In this document: piece by piece, positions 39,401 through 52,346 of the stretch
Layout of the letters: every line of letters starts with the position of its first letter
Position numbering within the stretch: the stretch's first letter is position 1
Source: Prorocentrum cordatum
Taxonomy: Eukaryota
DNA length: 64,000 nucleotides
NCBI GenBank assembly: GCA_963575745.1
Contig: CAUYUJ010000003.1
Span: 1,240,001 to 1,304,000 of the forward strand
Direction of reading: 5' to 3'
Translations under genes and position numbers: made by a program
The notes under the pieces: generated by a model
Seen by the model: the letters and a program-made list of their open reading frames with translations, nothing else
Database searches by the model: none
What the model was told of the DNA's origin: nothing

Positions 39401-42400
39401 GCTGCAGAACAGGTCGAAGAGTGCAACGGCGGGCAGCGGGCAGCTCTCCATGAGCAGCATGGGCGGGAGCTGGGCAACCATGGCACCCCTCGGGGTGAGA
39501 GCGGGCGCCTCCTCGCCTACGTGCTTGGCTACTACCGCCACCCCGTATTCAATGGGCCCTGTCAAGTAGCACAGGCCACCGCCCTCCTCGCTCGCGTCGG
39601 GGGCCAGCGCAAACGAATCGAAGGGCGCCCGGATGTCAGTGAACGTGAGCGGCAGAAGGCTGATGGCGGACAGCAGCTCGGCGCGGGCCCCGCTCGGCAG
39701 CTTGAGCGGCTCGGCCAGCGCCTTGCCCTCGCTCTCGGAAGCAGCCCCAAGCCCAGGGGCAATCCACACCTGATTCAGCGTGGCGAACAGCGGCCGCCCG
39801 AACACAAAGGCCCGCGCCAGGCGCCCCAGGATCATAAGGCATGCCTTGTGGGTCACCCACGCTGTCTCCAGGAGCCACCTGGCCGTGCGCCCGATGTCGA
39901 TGAGGTTATCGATGGTGTTCGCCATGCGCCCGGCAGTGCTGTCCACTAGGGCCCACATGCTGACAACGCGCCCCACCCTGCCGGCGGCCTTATTCTCCGC
40001 CCACGGAACCCCTGCATTGCGGTGGGCCTCCCGCTGTCTGAGCCGGCGCAGCGCAGCCGGCAGCCCGCGCAGGTGGGGCGCGCCCGACTGGTTGCACGAC
40101 GACCACAAGTGCGCCTGTTCCTCGCCCAGGACGGTGACAGTCCAGGAGGAGCTCGGCGCGGGGCTGACGAGGTCCGTCTCGGCAATCCGCTGACACTCGT
40201 TCTGCGGGGCCATGTTGAAGAACAGCTGAGTGACCTGGGTGACGCAGTCCGCTGGGGTGCTCTTCCCAACGACAGCGAACGCCCCTGCAGCCGCAGCTCC
40301 CCGTCATAGCTGAAGATGCCCTCCTCCACGATGGGCTTGCAGATGCCCAAGTTGACGGGGTGCTCGCCGATGGCGCACCACACCTCGTCGCTCCCCACCT
40401 GCACTGCGCCCTTTGGCACCCTGCTCGGCCACTCAGCTACCGGCTTGAAGAGACACGACGGTATCAGGAGCCACTCCTGGACATGAGGGGCGGCCAAGTT
40501 GATCGCCTTCATCGACCGCGCTGGGCCGGCGGCCGGCAACCCGGGCATGAGCTCGCCCAGCGCCGAGGGGCATGCTCTCTGCGCCCCCTGCCCGCCGCGC
40601 GACATGCCCCCGCCCCCCGCGACCTGGCCCCAGTCGAGCTCCCCCAGTTTGGCAAGCGGCTGCCGGCAGAAGCAGGCCGCCGCCTCGCCGATTAGCGCCA
40701 GCGCGGCGCGCCGCCCCCAGCTTGCGAGGCGCGGCCCCGCCAGGGGCGGGCCGCCGGCGCGGCCCGTGGCCTCGGAGTTGAGCCCGCTGACCACGGCCCA
40801 CTCGAGCCCCCCGCAGCATCCTTTCCCCGCGAATTCGGCGTCCTGCTCCGCCTGCTGGAAGGGCCTGCTGGAAGGGCCCCTGCCGCGGCAGGGGGGGCGG
40901 GGGGAGGTCTCTGCGACGCGCCCCCCGCGGATCTGGCTGAGCCTCACCAGCTGGGCGGAGCTGCGCCCCGAACTCGCCCGGGCCCTGGCGACGGGCGCCA
41001 CCCGACGCCATCGCGTGCTCGACCCGGGCCACGCTGCTGCTGCTGCCTGCGACTGAAGCGCCTTCACTGCTGGGCGCCCCGCCTGCGGGGGGCTGAAGTG
41101 CGGCCGCCCTCGATGTCTCCAGCGGCTGTGCACGTTGAGGATGGGCGGGCGAAGCCGCCGCCCTATCTCCGCGACCGACTCCCATGTCCCGAGTCGGGCC
41201 ATCACTCGACAACCCTAGCTCCCCCCGTCGACTCTGGGCTCCGCCTTCAATTTGCTGGTCCTGCTGGCGTAGCCCTTGCTGCTCTCGTTTGCAAGTCGAG
41301 GGTGCCGCGCCTGCAGCTGCTTGAACGCTGGGCCGCTGGATGCTGCGGGCCGCTGGGGGCCCGGCTCCGTCGGCGAGTCCGGCGCCGGCGTCGCGCGGCG
41401 CGCTGGCCCGGCCCCCGCTCTGGCCCACGCGAGGGCGCGCCCCCTCGGGCGACCGCCCCTGGCCGAGCCCCACGAAGGATGTCTTCTTCTGCAGGGGCCT
41501 CGACCACAGCTCCTGGCGCCTCAGCTCGGCGCGCGCCCCGCGCCCGGCCGCCATCTCTACCCGCCGCGAGGCCGCGCTGGGCTCCGCGTCGACCAGCGCG
41601 AGCGCGAGCCGCCGCGCAGCGTGCCAGCCTCTGTCCTTGATGGCCTTGATCCTCCCCTTGAACTCCTGCAAGTCCACGTCGAGAGCCTGCGTCGCCTGGC
41701 CCATGAACGCGAGATCCAGCACTCGAGTCTGTGTCCAGAACAGACTGGCCCCCGCGTGCCCGACAGTTTTTTTCCCCCGGGGGGGCAGGACCAAGGTTAC
41801 CTGTCTATCTGGCTGGGGCAGCTCCAGAGGCTGCCTCTTCCTTCTCCCGAACTCGTTCCAGGAGGGCCAGCATTCGATGGGGTCTGTGGGAGGCTGTCTG
41901 GCCTCGCACTCAGAAGACTTACTGCATGCTGCATGTGCCCCACTCCTCGCCTTGACGACTGGGTCACTCGCGCGGATATTTTGCGCGAGTGAAGGTGGGG
42001 GGCATTCGCGACCCAACAAAAAGCAACGTCGCGTGGTGTGCGCACCACATGTCGTGCAGAAATGCAGGACGGCCTCGCTCGATCTGTCGTCATTGTCAGA
42101 TCTGGTGACAACAGCGTGGGCCAACGCATGGCCCACGTCAAAACTGAAAACGCCCTTCCAGGTTTTGCTCGGCCCAGGGCAGCCACGCCAAAGGGCGAGT
42201 TTCAGCATCTTTGCTGAGCAGAAAACATATTATACATCTTGCTCTACCGTCATCTTGCTTCTCCCAACAGTGCCACCCCCCAGATTTGAGGAACCTTGCC
42301 CGCGGTCCCGGGGGTGGGCGCTCGAATTTTCCCCTCGGGAACACGCAGAACTCTGGCCAGCACACGGGCCGCAAAAGCTAGCTTGTCCAAGGAAACATTC

Positions 42401-44361
42401 AGCACCTCCGAAAACTGGGGAGAAGGCGAAGGGTGGAGGGAGAGGGAATGCTTGGCGAGGGCGTCTGCGTTCCAACTCCCAACTGCTATTCTTCTCTCTC
42501 TGTCAGGGAGGGAGTCGATGACGCTTCTAGCTCGATGGGCAGGTGTGTGAGGCACTTCGGGCACATGATCCCGTTCCTCGTGTAAAAAAGCTCCTCTCCT
42601 CATTCCTGCACGCCGATGTCGCTGATCCACTTGATGAGAGGGATCAGTTTCACATAACTTCACTGTGTCTCACTCCAGAGTATGGCACGAAGAACGGGAT
42701 CAGCGACATTGCCTGGTGCTCCGCCGCCTGCGGGGTCTGGGGCAGGACGTCCCAGACGGCTCCTACGGCATAGGCAATGATGTCCTCATCAGGGCCTAAA
42801 AAGATCCAGGCGTACGCGGCCCTAGAAAGTTCTCAAATTGTGTGCCGTGCACACGATCCGTCCATGCAAACATCGCATCCTCTTAAGTCGATACTCCCCC
42901 AAGGCACTTCCTCCTTCTGTGGGTTGAAGAGGCGGGGGGTGGGGTCACTGTGAGGGGGAGGGTAGCTGTTTTCAGGGTGTTCCATCTTCAGTTCATCCCA
43001 GAAGCTCCTGCAATCACTTTTGGCTGCCTCCTGCAGCCATCCTGCATTATCACCTGCAACTTCTAGGCGCACAGCTACTACTTCAGGGTGCTGGCGAGGC
43101 CGGCGGCGCCGCCTTCGCGGCGGCGCTCGGGCGGCGCCTCGTCGGCGGGGCAGCCGCCGGGCGGCGCGCGGTGGCAGGCGCCTGCGGCGGCGGCGACCCC
43201 GAGCGGCGCGGCGGCACCGCCCGCCCTGCTCTGCGGAGGGCCGCTTCGAGATCCAGGATGTGCGGGCCCTGCTCGTCTCGGAGCACAGGCGCGCAGTGCC
43301 GCCCGGAAACCATCACCTTGCTCAGCCTGCCGTGGCGCGTCGCCAACGGGGCGTCGTTGATGATTTCGCGGGCGACGAACCGCCGAGCCTCAATGTCCAG
43401 AGCCGCGGAAGCACACATTCGTCACGGGGTACGCAGGGCACGCGCAACAGGTGCCCACGCCCGCGTCATGCCGCGCGATCCGCGCGCAAATCGCGCCACC
43501 AACAAATTCAAGTTTGGCAATCCGCTTTCGCGCCATTCGGCGCGGCCAAGCGTGCCAGAAAATTGCCCCACAGGGCACGGGGATGGCCGAGAAGAACCCC
43601 GAAATGATACGACGAGACGACCCCGCTGGGACCAGTGCTCCAGGGGGGGCTCTGGCAAAATAAAGTCCCAAGAAGCTCCTCGATAAGCTTATCATGAGTT
43701 TCTTCTCGTGAGCTTCTCAAGCGCTTCTCATACGCTTCTCATAAGCCTCGCAGTCGCTGCCCAAATAGTTCTCATACACTTATTACAAACTAGCCATGCA
43801 ATTCTCATAAGCTTATCATGAGCTTGTTCAAGCGCTTCTCACACGCTTCTCATAAGTTTATCATAGTTTCTTATAGTTTTTCATCTGCCTCTCATAAGCT
43901 TCTCAAGCGCTTCACATAAACTTCCAAGGAGAGAAACCTCCGTTTATCTTGGGTGTTTGGAATGGCACCCATGTTGGTTGGGAAAAGGATCACAGTGGTT
44001 GACATGTCGTATAGTTGGTCGTATTTTCTGCAATTTCCAGTTCGACCCCCCCCTTCGGATCGTCGCCTGCGTCGACGCTCCCAACCGGCGCCGCCGGTCC
44101 AGCGCCGACGCCGGCCGGCCCGAGGTTGGGAGGGGGGGGGTTCGAACCCCCCCACCCCCTTGAATCCACGGAGGGAGGCCCGGTTCCGCCCCCCGTCCCC
44201 AAACGCCTACAGAATGCGCTTTTTCCCAAATAAATGTTTCTCTTTTTGTTTGTTGTTTGTTTTTCTCTCTCTCTCTCTCTCTCTCTTTCTTTCTCAGTTT
44301 TGCTTGTTTTTCTTTTGGTGTGTTTTTTGTTTTTCTCTCTCTCTCTCTCTCTCTTTCTCTT

Positions 44362-44432
<71 letters not shown>

Positions 44433-45304
44433 CTAAAACACCACTACTCCGAACATCGCGGCATGAAGCGGGGGTCGCCTATCAGCGGGGTCGCTGTTCG
44501 TGGCGTAGAAGAAGCAGTCATAGTGCTTTTGAAACACCAATGAACTCTTCACAATCTTGTGGTCCGCCGGCCAGGTCTAACTGGCAAGAGCGCTGAAGTA
44601 GAGATCTGGCTGTGCGCGGATCCGCTGCCCCCGTGGAGGGAGGCCAACAGTCGCAGCCAGAGAGTGGAAAAAAGGAAGTGTAGGTGGGAGGGGGGGCATA
44701 GCGACTTGAAAGGGAGAGGAAATGAAGGGCAGAGGGGGTGGCAGCGAATCGAGGAGAATCTACATCACCCAACTTCGCGCATCGCGCCCTGCGATGCACG
44801 ACGCGCGGTTATCTTCGCTCCCTCGCGAGGCCATCTTGGAAAAAGGCAGCTCCCCGGCCGAGGCCTCGACGCGAGAAGCGCGATTATCTTTGCGCCCCGT
44901 GGGGGCTGCCTGGGGAACGGCCAGGAGGGAGACTGCAATGGCACGGGGTCAGACGCATGGTCTTCCATGCGCAGGCCGCGGCCGCGGCCGCGCCGACCGA
45001 TTGACAAGGGTCAACTGGCGAGGGGCGCGCAAGAAATGCTGCGGGCGGCTCGGCGACGGCCTTTCCCGACTAGTTCAGGGCGGTGTCCCAGCCGACGACG
45101 ACGCCGTCGTAGTGCTCCGCGGCCACGGTGGCCGCAAGCGCCGCCAGCCTCGTGTCCTCGGGAGCGCTCGGTGACCGCCAACGCGCGCATGGGAGGCGGC
45201 GGTGGCCGAGCAAAGATGCAGATGCGGGCGTGCACACGAGGGGTGGCTGGCCCCAGGAGGGGCAGGCGTTTGATGTTTTTTCCTCCTAACCCTCCCTCCT
45301 CTTC

Positions 45305-45338
<34 letters not shown>

Positions 45339-45414
45339 GTATCAGCATCAGCATCAGCATCATCATCATCAGCATCAGCATCAGCATCAGCATCAGCATC
45401 AGCATCAGCATCAG

Positions 45415-45461
<47 letters not shown>

Positions 45462-45462
45462 G

Positions 45463-45500
<38 letters not shown>

Positions 45501-45519
45501 GCATCATCATCAGCATCAG

Positions 45520-45589
<70 letters not shown>

Positions 45590-45636
45590 AGCATCAGCAT
45601 CAGCATCAGCATCAGCATCAGCATCATCAGCATCAG

Positions 45637-45677
<41 letters not shown>

Positions 45678-48600
45678 GCATCAGCATCAGCATCAGCATC
45701 AGCATCAGCATCAGCATCATCGTCATCATCATCATCCGCCCATTCATCTTCTCTCATCCCCCATTCCTCCCATTGCGAACAACTCCTCCGGAGCCTCGGG
45801 TCTGCCGGCCGGGTCTTGTGAACGTTTTCGTATTCGGCGCTTCGACATGGGGCACGGGAGGGGGGCGGCTCCAGACGTCTGCTTAAATGCGATGGTTTGC
45901 GACAGTGCGTCCCATGTGGGAGACTCTACCTGCTTGAAACAGGCGCCAAAAACAGCCAAGATCTACTCCAGGGGGGGGGAAGGGGGTGCGAGGGGCCCCC
46001 GGCGTGGATCTTGACGGCTCAGCTCTCGTGTGACGTTTGCATCCGCAGCGGGAACTCGCGCCAAAGTTTAGACTAGGTCCCGTAGTGTTTCTGACGACCC
46101 CGTCGGGCTAATTCGAGTGCCCCAGATCCAAGCCGTATGTCGCCTCGAACATGGCGGAGCACAATGCCGACGCATTTCTTGTTGACACTTCGGTGGCAAC
46201 TCAAGGGAGCCTCCCATACCACTCGTCGGCTCCTGTGAACCTGCGCTAATCGACGCTAGTCGGCGCCAAATCGACGCTGAATCGGCTCTAGTTCATCGAC
46301 TCCCAAACGCTATATAATCGACGCTCGTCGACGCTAGGCTCACATGATTTGCTACCGAATGACACGGGAGGTCTTCCCAGGTTGAGATGCTGACAATGAA
46401 ATGGAGCCCCTCGCGGAGCAGTCCGGAGCGCCGTCAGAGCCAGGCCGCGCGCGGCGCGCGGCCCGCGAGCTCACCGTGGCGGCGCAGGCCCGTGGAGCCA
46501 GATGGGCCCGGGGAAAGAGGGAGGGGAAACAGGTGGAGGAACTAAAGAACGCCCTCGTTCGCTTCTCGGGTCCGGCGCAAAAGAGGCGGGATAGCAAAGG
46601 AGGGCTGAGCGAATCAGCTCACGTAGCTCGTGTTCTCGGCGCCTCCCGGCGCCTCCAGGGCGCTGGGGTATCGACGAAAGCGCCTGGCGGCGAGGAGCCT
46701 CGTGGAGGGGCTGGGGACACCAGGGCCCTCCCATCAGGTCGGGACAGCCTGCCCTTGCCTGCGGTCGGACCAGTCGCGTGGAAGGCACCGGGCGCGCCGC
46801 CGACTCCCCTCCCCCCCCCCTAGAGCGAAGGCCTCCTAGATGGGGTCCGAATAGACGGGGTCGGAGGAACTCGCCGCATCGCCGATACATCGGCGATGCA
46901 TCGCCGATGCGTGGGAGATGCATCGGCGATGCACTGGCGACGTCGGCGATGAATCGGCGACGTCGGCGTGGAGAAAATCGGGCCCCACATCAAGCCGCAT
47001 CGCCGAAGCATCGGCGATGCAGCGCGATCGCCTACACAAAGCGGGCCCCAGCACCGACACCCGGGCGTCCTCGAAGGTCTCGGCGTCCTCCGCTGGCCCG
47101 CCGGAGGATTCGATGCCCACGCGGCGGAGCTCGTCCACGAGGCCCTGGCCGCCTGGCCCGGTCGCGGCGCGGCTCTCCGCGCCGTCGACGGCCACGACGA
47201 CGGCGATTGCTGCGGCGGCGGCGGCGACGACGACGACATCATCATCAGCTCTGGGCAGCGAAGGGTACGGGAACAATCCAAGCCTGTGAAGCACACCCTG
47301 CTTTATAGAGTATAGTCGGCACGCGGGCCCACGACATGGGCTCTGGCCTGCTCGCGCCCTGTAGGGGGATTCGGGGCGAGATAGCACCCCCGCTAGGGCC
47401 CACAACTATGGGTCAGTCGAGCGAACAAGCCGAATTTTACGCAGAGGTGCCGAATTCGCGGCCGAGACGGATGCGGGGACAGAGGGAGAGGGGGAGCCCT
47501 GCACAATTGTATGTAAGATTTGTTCGGGCGAGTTCTGGCTCGGCAGCGACTTAGCTCTAGACTTTGCTTTGGCCTTTGGGTGGGCCTTCGCTTTCTACAC
47601 AAAATGAACGGCGGCAGACTGCGACACGAAACCCTGTTCAACGAATGTAGCGAATCTCGAACTGCTAGCCCGAAGTCGATTCTGAAACACTACATTGGGG
47701 TCTCGAGGGGCTCTACTTCTAACTACTGGCCCTTCATGAAGTGGCCCAACAGCTTCTGGGCCTCGCGCTCCAACGAGCCGCGCGGCGCCGCCCCGCGCTT
47801 CTTCGCCCCGCTCCGGAGGCGGAGGGCCTTGAGCAGCACCTCCTCCAAGTCCGCCTTCGAACGGTCGAACGCGATGGTCAGCCGCGCCGTCTCCCGCTTG
47901 CTCTCCTTCCGCTTGGTCTCCTTGACTTTGCAGTGCTTCACGTCGTTGACAAGGTCGTCCAGCGTCGGCTCGTCCTGGACCTGCTGCGCCCAGTACGCCT
48001 GCACCTTCTGCAGCCCCCCCCCCGCCATGGCCCTGTCGCCCTCCGCCTTCCCAGCGCCCAACAGTAGAGCCACCCGCATATGAACAGATGGTGGCCCCTG
48101 CTTCTGGACCGCGGTCTCCTTCCCCCTATTCCTGGATCTCCGCGATCTCCTGCGACCTCGCATGGCGCGCGCGGCCCGTCGCCTTCGTCTGCGTGAAGAT
48201 GAGGCAGGATGTCGGGGTGATGAACGCGCGGGCCGAGGTCCCGGCCAGGCTCAGCTTGGCGATCAGGAGGACCAGCTGCAGCAGCTTGCTCTGTTGGTCG
48301 CCGTCGCTGGTCGCGATCTTGTGCGCCCTGCGCCTGGCGCCCGGCCCGTCGGCGTCGCCGCCGGCCACTTGCTTGGGCGCCCGCTGGGGGGGAGGGGGGG
48401 CGCGGCCGAGCAGCGGCGGCGCGCGAAGCTGGCGAGTGCGAGCTCGAAGGTCACTCAAAACTCCAGCCGAACAATCATACAACGGGCACATCAATGATGA
48501 CGGTGCTATCAGAGCCGCAAGCGTGCGCGGTTGAGCTTTGCATTTGCCGCGTTGATGAGCAGACTGAACACGACGCAAAGCCATGTCCTTACACGAGTGC

Positions 48601-51600
48601 ACACTCTGACAATATGGGCACTGATTAGCGACGACGATGAGGTTCAGCGGGTCGTGGATGTTATGGCGCGTGATGCAGTGCTGTTCGAGTGCCTATACGT
48701 ACAGAAACGAGCAGGACAATCAGCACGTTGACAACACCAATGTTTCTAACTTGCCCGAGTCGAAGTTTGCGCGTAGATGTTGCGCGGGCGAGTTCGCCCC
48801 CATCACGTCGGCTCCGCGGTTGTCCGTTTCGGCCCCTGGCGGCGGAATACAAACCGAATAAGTCTCAGCCCTCGCAGCGGCAACATCCAGCCGGAGAAGA
48901 TCTCGAGCAAGGTGATGGTCCCAAGACAGCAAAAGTACGCTGGTCCCTACTCGTCCCCTAAGTCCATGAGCGTCGTCGAGTCGCAGGGCGGCTCTAAGAT
49001 CCTCTTGAAACTGCAGGGCCCCGGGGTTAGCTCCAGGGCAGACCTCGACATTTCGCGCCGTCGGTAGACCTTCCAACGAGAGCCGTCCGAATAAGGCTGT
49101 GAGTAGCGGAGCATGGCGTTCTGGGCGTCGCACAAGAGCGCGCCACTATCCTAGTCGACGTGCCTGCAGTTCGGAAGCCTCCACCACCTGAACGCCCCCC
49201 TGTCCGATGACGTCCTAATCCCCCTCGTCGTGCCCCGCCTAGCCTGACCCATCACTGCTTTTCGCTCAGCGCTAGCGATGAGAGAGTCGAGATGACGAAG
49301 TTGACGAGCTGAGAGGACATATACTTCTACAGTTGCAAGCGAAGTATTCTGAACTTTGCCAATGGAGACATTGCGCTTAAAATGATGAGGTCCCCTGGTG
49401 CACCAAAACTGGCCCATGGAATTAAAAAATTCGGCTGTGGTTTTCCGTATGAACTGATGTCCCGGTCCGAAAGATGGGCGCAGAGCAAGCCGGCCACCCA
49501 GAAGTCGAACAACACTCTTGACTTCACCTGGGAACTTCAATGCACCGTCGCGGACGCGGCGCACCCCCTGACGAGCTCCAGCCCCGCAGAGACGCGGCAA
49601 CACTTCAAGATTTTCCCGATTCGCTCCAGATCACAATCCAAGAGCTCACTGACTCGATGGCTCTTGCGCTCTAGATCTCCCAGTGGGCGACCTCGAGGAA
49701 GTACAAGTTGCCTACTTAAGTCGTCGGCGCAACCTGTAAGAGCCAAGTCAACCTGCTTGCTCGGGTCCAGAAAAACGATTCGCGGTTAAGATGCCCCCCG
49801 TCCTCTCCGCCTCGTAATCCTCAACCTCAAATTCCTTGACCGTTCGACTCCATTCATCCAGAGCGGGCTGAAAGGCTTCCACAGAAATGCATACTTGCCA
49901 CGGGTCGCCCATCAAACCGCCCTGCTGCATCCTCATTAGCACCTCCCCATCCACTCTCATCAAAGACACCAAGGCACATCTGTAGCGCTGTTGTCCCTGG
50001 AAGAACAAGTGAATGGGCATCATTCTACGTTGTGCGACATCCTGAGCTGATCATGCGGCACTAGCGAAGGCGTTGCTGAGAACATGGAACATGGTGAAAG
50101 AGCTCAGCTTCAACTTCTCGAACCTCCACGCCGCGACTTGTCGCGTGAGAATTGGAGCCTCACGGCGACGATGTGGGATGCACCCATGCATGCAATCAGA
50201 GCGTCGAGGCGCCTCAAGATGAGCAGCGTACCACCATGTACCCATGACTGCCGGCAGGTGTATGACCCGCTTGCTCTTTGGGCCCGTAACGTCACCACGC
50301 TTATGAAGTCCTGCCCCTCGACTATGATGCCAATAGATCGGCGCGCAGCTAGACTGATGTAGTTGGCATAGAGCTCACCCTAGGAGATCCCGAACTCGAA
50401 CGTTCTCAACTGGAGCCTTTCCAACCCCAACTCCCAGACCTCTAGTTGATATCGAGCGGGTGGGGCGCAGGGTCGCGTGCCAGACCTCCAAGGGGGCGGC
50501 GCCCACAGGGCGCGCCATCCGTTTTTTTTGTTGCCTCAATAACATACTCCTGGAGCATTTCGACGTCGTTCCTGGCGAGCTCGGGGACCTCCGGGTCCAA
50601 CTGCGCGGTCGCACCTGGGACCGCGAATTGGTTCCTCCACTCCTCGAACGACGGCGCCTCCTCACACAGCGTGCCTCCTTCCGCCCCTGGCTTTTTCCAT
50701 GCCTCCACCCACTCCTTCTTCGTTGGCTGTCCAACTTGGCCGGCTCGGCAATCTCAATTTTTTCGCCCCCAGCGAGAACCCCAAGAGACGAGCCCAATGA
50801 TGGGCCCCACGATGCCCACGTTGCCTCCATGCCGCATGCAATCCTTCAAGATAATGCCCCTTCCTGGTATCCCGCGCGGCGCGGCGGGCAGCTCCGAGTC
50901 TACGAGACAGAACGCGTAAATGTGCTTCAATCTCCTCCAAGCGTGCATCATCAGCCGATGACCGAGATTCACGCAGTTCCCGTCGTCGATTGATGAGTAT
51001 GGACAAGCGCTCGGTCGCATCCTCCCCATAGTCCCTCGATGGCGATGGCTCTGTCCTAAGATGCCACTCGAGCGCAAACGTTCCCCACATATCCCATCAA
51101 ACTGTCAGGATATAAGTTTGACAAGTGCTGTTGCCAAATAGGTCCTTCAGCCTCCACAGTCGAATTTAGCTCCGTGGGGAAAAATGCCCTGCCCTGGCCA
51201 GTAGTAACCGCCAGCATAAGTGACATCATAGTTCCAACCTTGGCTCCTGTGCTCAACTGTGTCGTGAGTGAGGGCGTAATGAAATGCCAAACTGGCTGGG
51301 GCATGATCTCGAAGTCTACGAGTTGAAATAGATTGCAACTGCCTTCCCAACTGATGAAAGGGGTCCCGCTTGAACGACGTGGTCGATAAGAGAGCTACGA
51401 TAATGAGGGCCAACGCACGCGTGCCCACCGCGAGTCGATGTTTACAAATAAAGCCCATGCAATTCACAAGTCGCTCGAACCCGAGAACCTGCCATGCGTT
51501 CTGGCCGTGCTCCCAGATAACCTATTACTGTGGTCTGCTGGTACACGAATTCGCGACCAACCTTCTGCTGGCCCATGCCGTCATTGAGGTCCATCATGAT

Positions 51601-52231
51601 GAAGGGGGGAGTGCGGTGTCGGCAGCGGTTAAGCTGATCATGCAGCCACGTGACCAGGGTGCGGGCCGTGCGCTCGTAGAGGCTGCGCTCTTTCCACTTG
51701 GTAGCACGTGGAGGAAAGTATAAGACAATCGTTTGCACATCATATTCTCCTGACACCAGCCTGACGCTCAGCCCCCAACCTTGTACAGCTTCAAGCGGAA
51801 GTTGAACCTCTCGTATATGCCCGGAGCGAAAACGATTCCCGAAAACGAGAGAAACTCCAGCCGACTTGTTTGTCAGATGCGATGGCGTCCAGCCTGCGCC
51901 CAGTACGAGACGACCTTCACACTTGAACTGAAAAGCTTCCAGTGTATCAGGTAGCCGGGTCAGAGAGCGCCGTTGGGTACCCACAAGGCCGACCAGGTCG
52001 TAAAAGGAGGTGCCCTTGATGATCTCCGCAAGCCGCAGGCCCGTTGCCGAGAGCGGGTTATACAGCAAGGTTCGCCATACTCTGGTCGCCATCCGTCGCG
52101 CGCCCCAGCAGGGGCCGAACCGACATTCAGTTCGGGCGAGCACCTCGGTGTGTGAATGTGGTTGCAATGCCTTGTCGCCAGCAAAGAATGCTAGGACCAG
52201 ACGGCGACTCGACGACGACGACGACGACGAC

Positions 52232-52286
<55 letters not shown>

Positions 52287-52301
52287 GCAACCACGAAGCG
52301 C

Positions 52302-52346
<45 letters not shown>

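Larger units (their letters stand above)
36269..43450 (-). mobile_element. Degenerate tyrosine-recombinase (DIRS/Ngaro-like) retrotransposon with a C5 DNA methyltransferase domain
   Basis: YR C-terminus ATADFLAHGSLKETLLKGRWASAKSARVY (36908-37138); RNase H pieces DASEEGGG (~39590) and LKELE...KGRCS...ENPDDVPSR (37894-38268); MTase motifs at 38445-39430; 3' direct repeats. The 5' limit is approximate. Confidence 0.8.

Noticed and set aside
46361..46372. gacacgggaggt match to the YR terminal spacer (candidate A1 repeat)
   Set aside because: Only 12 bp, and separated from the element by two host exons
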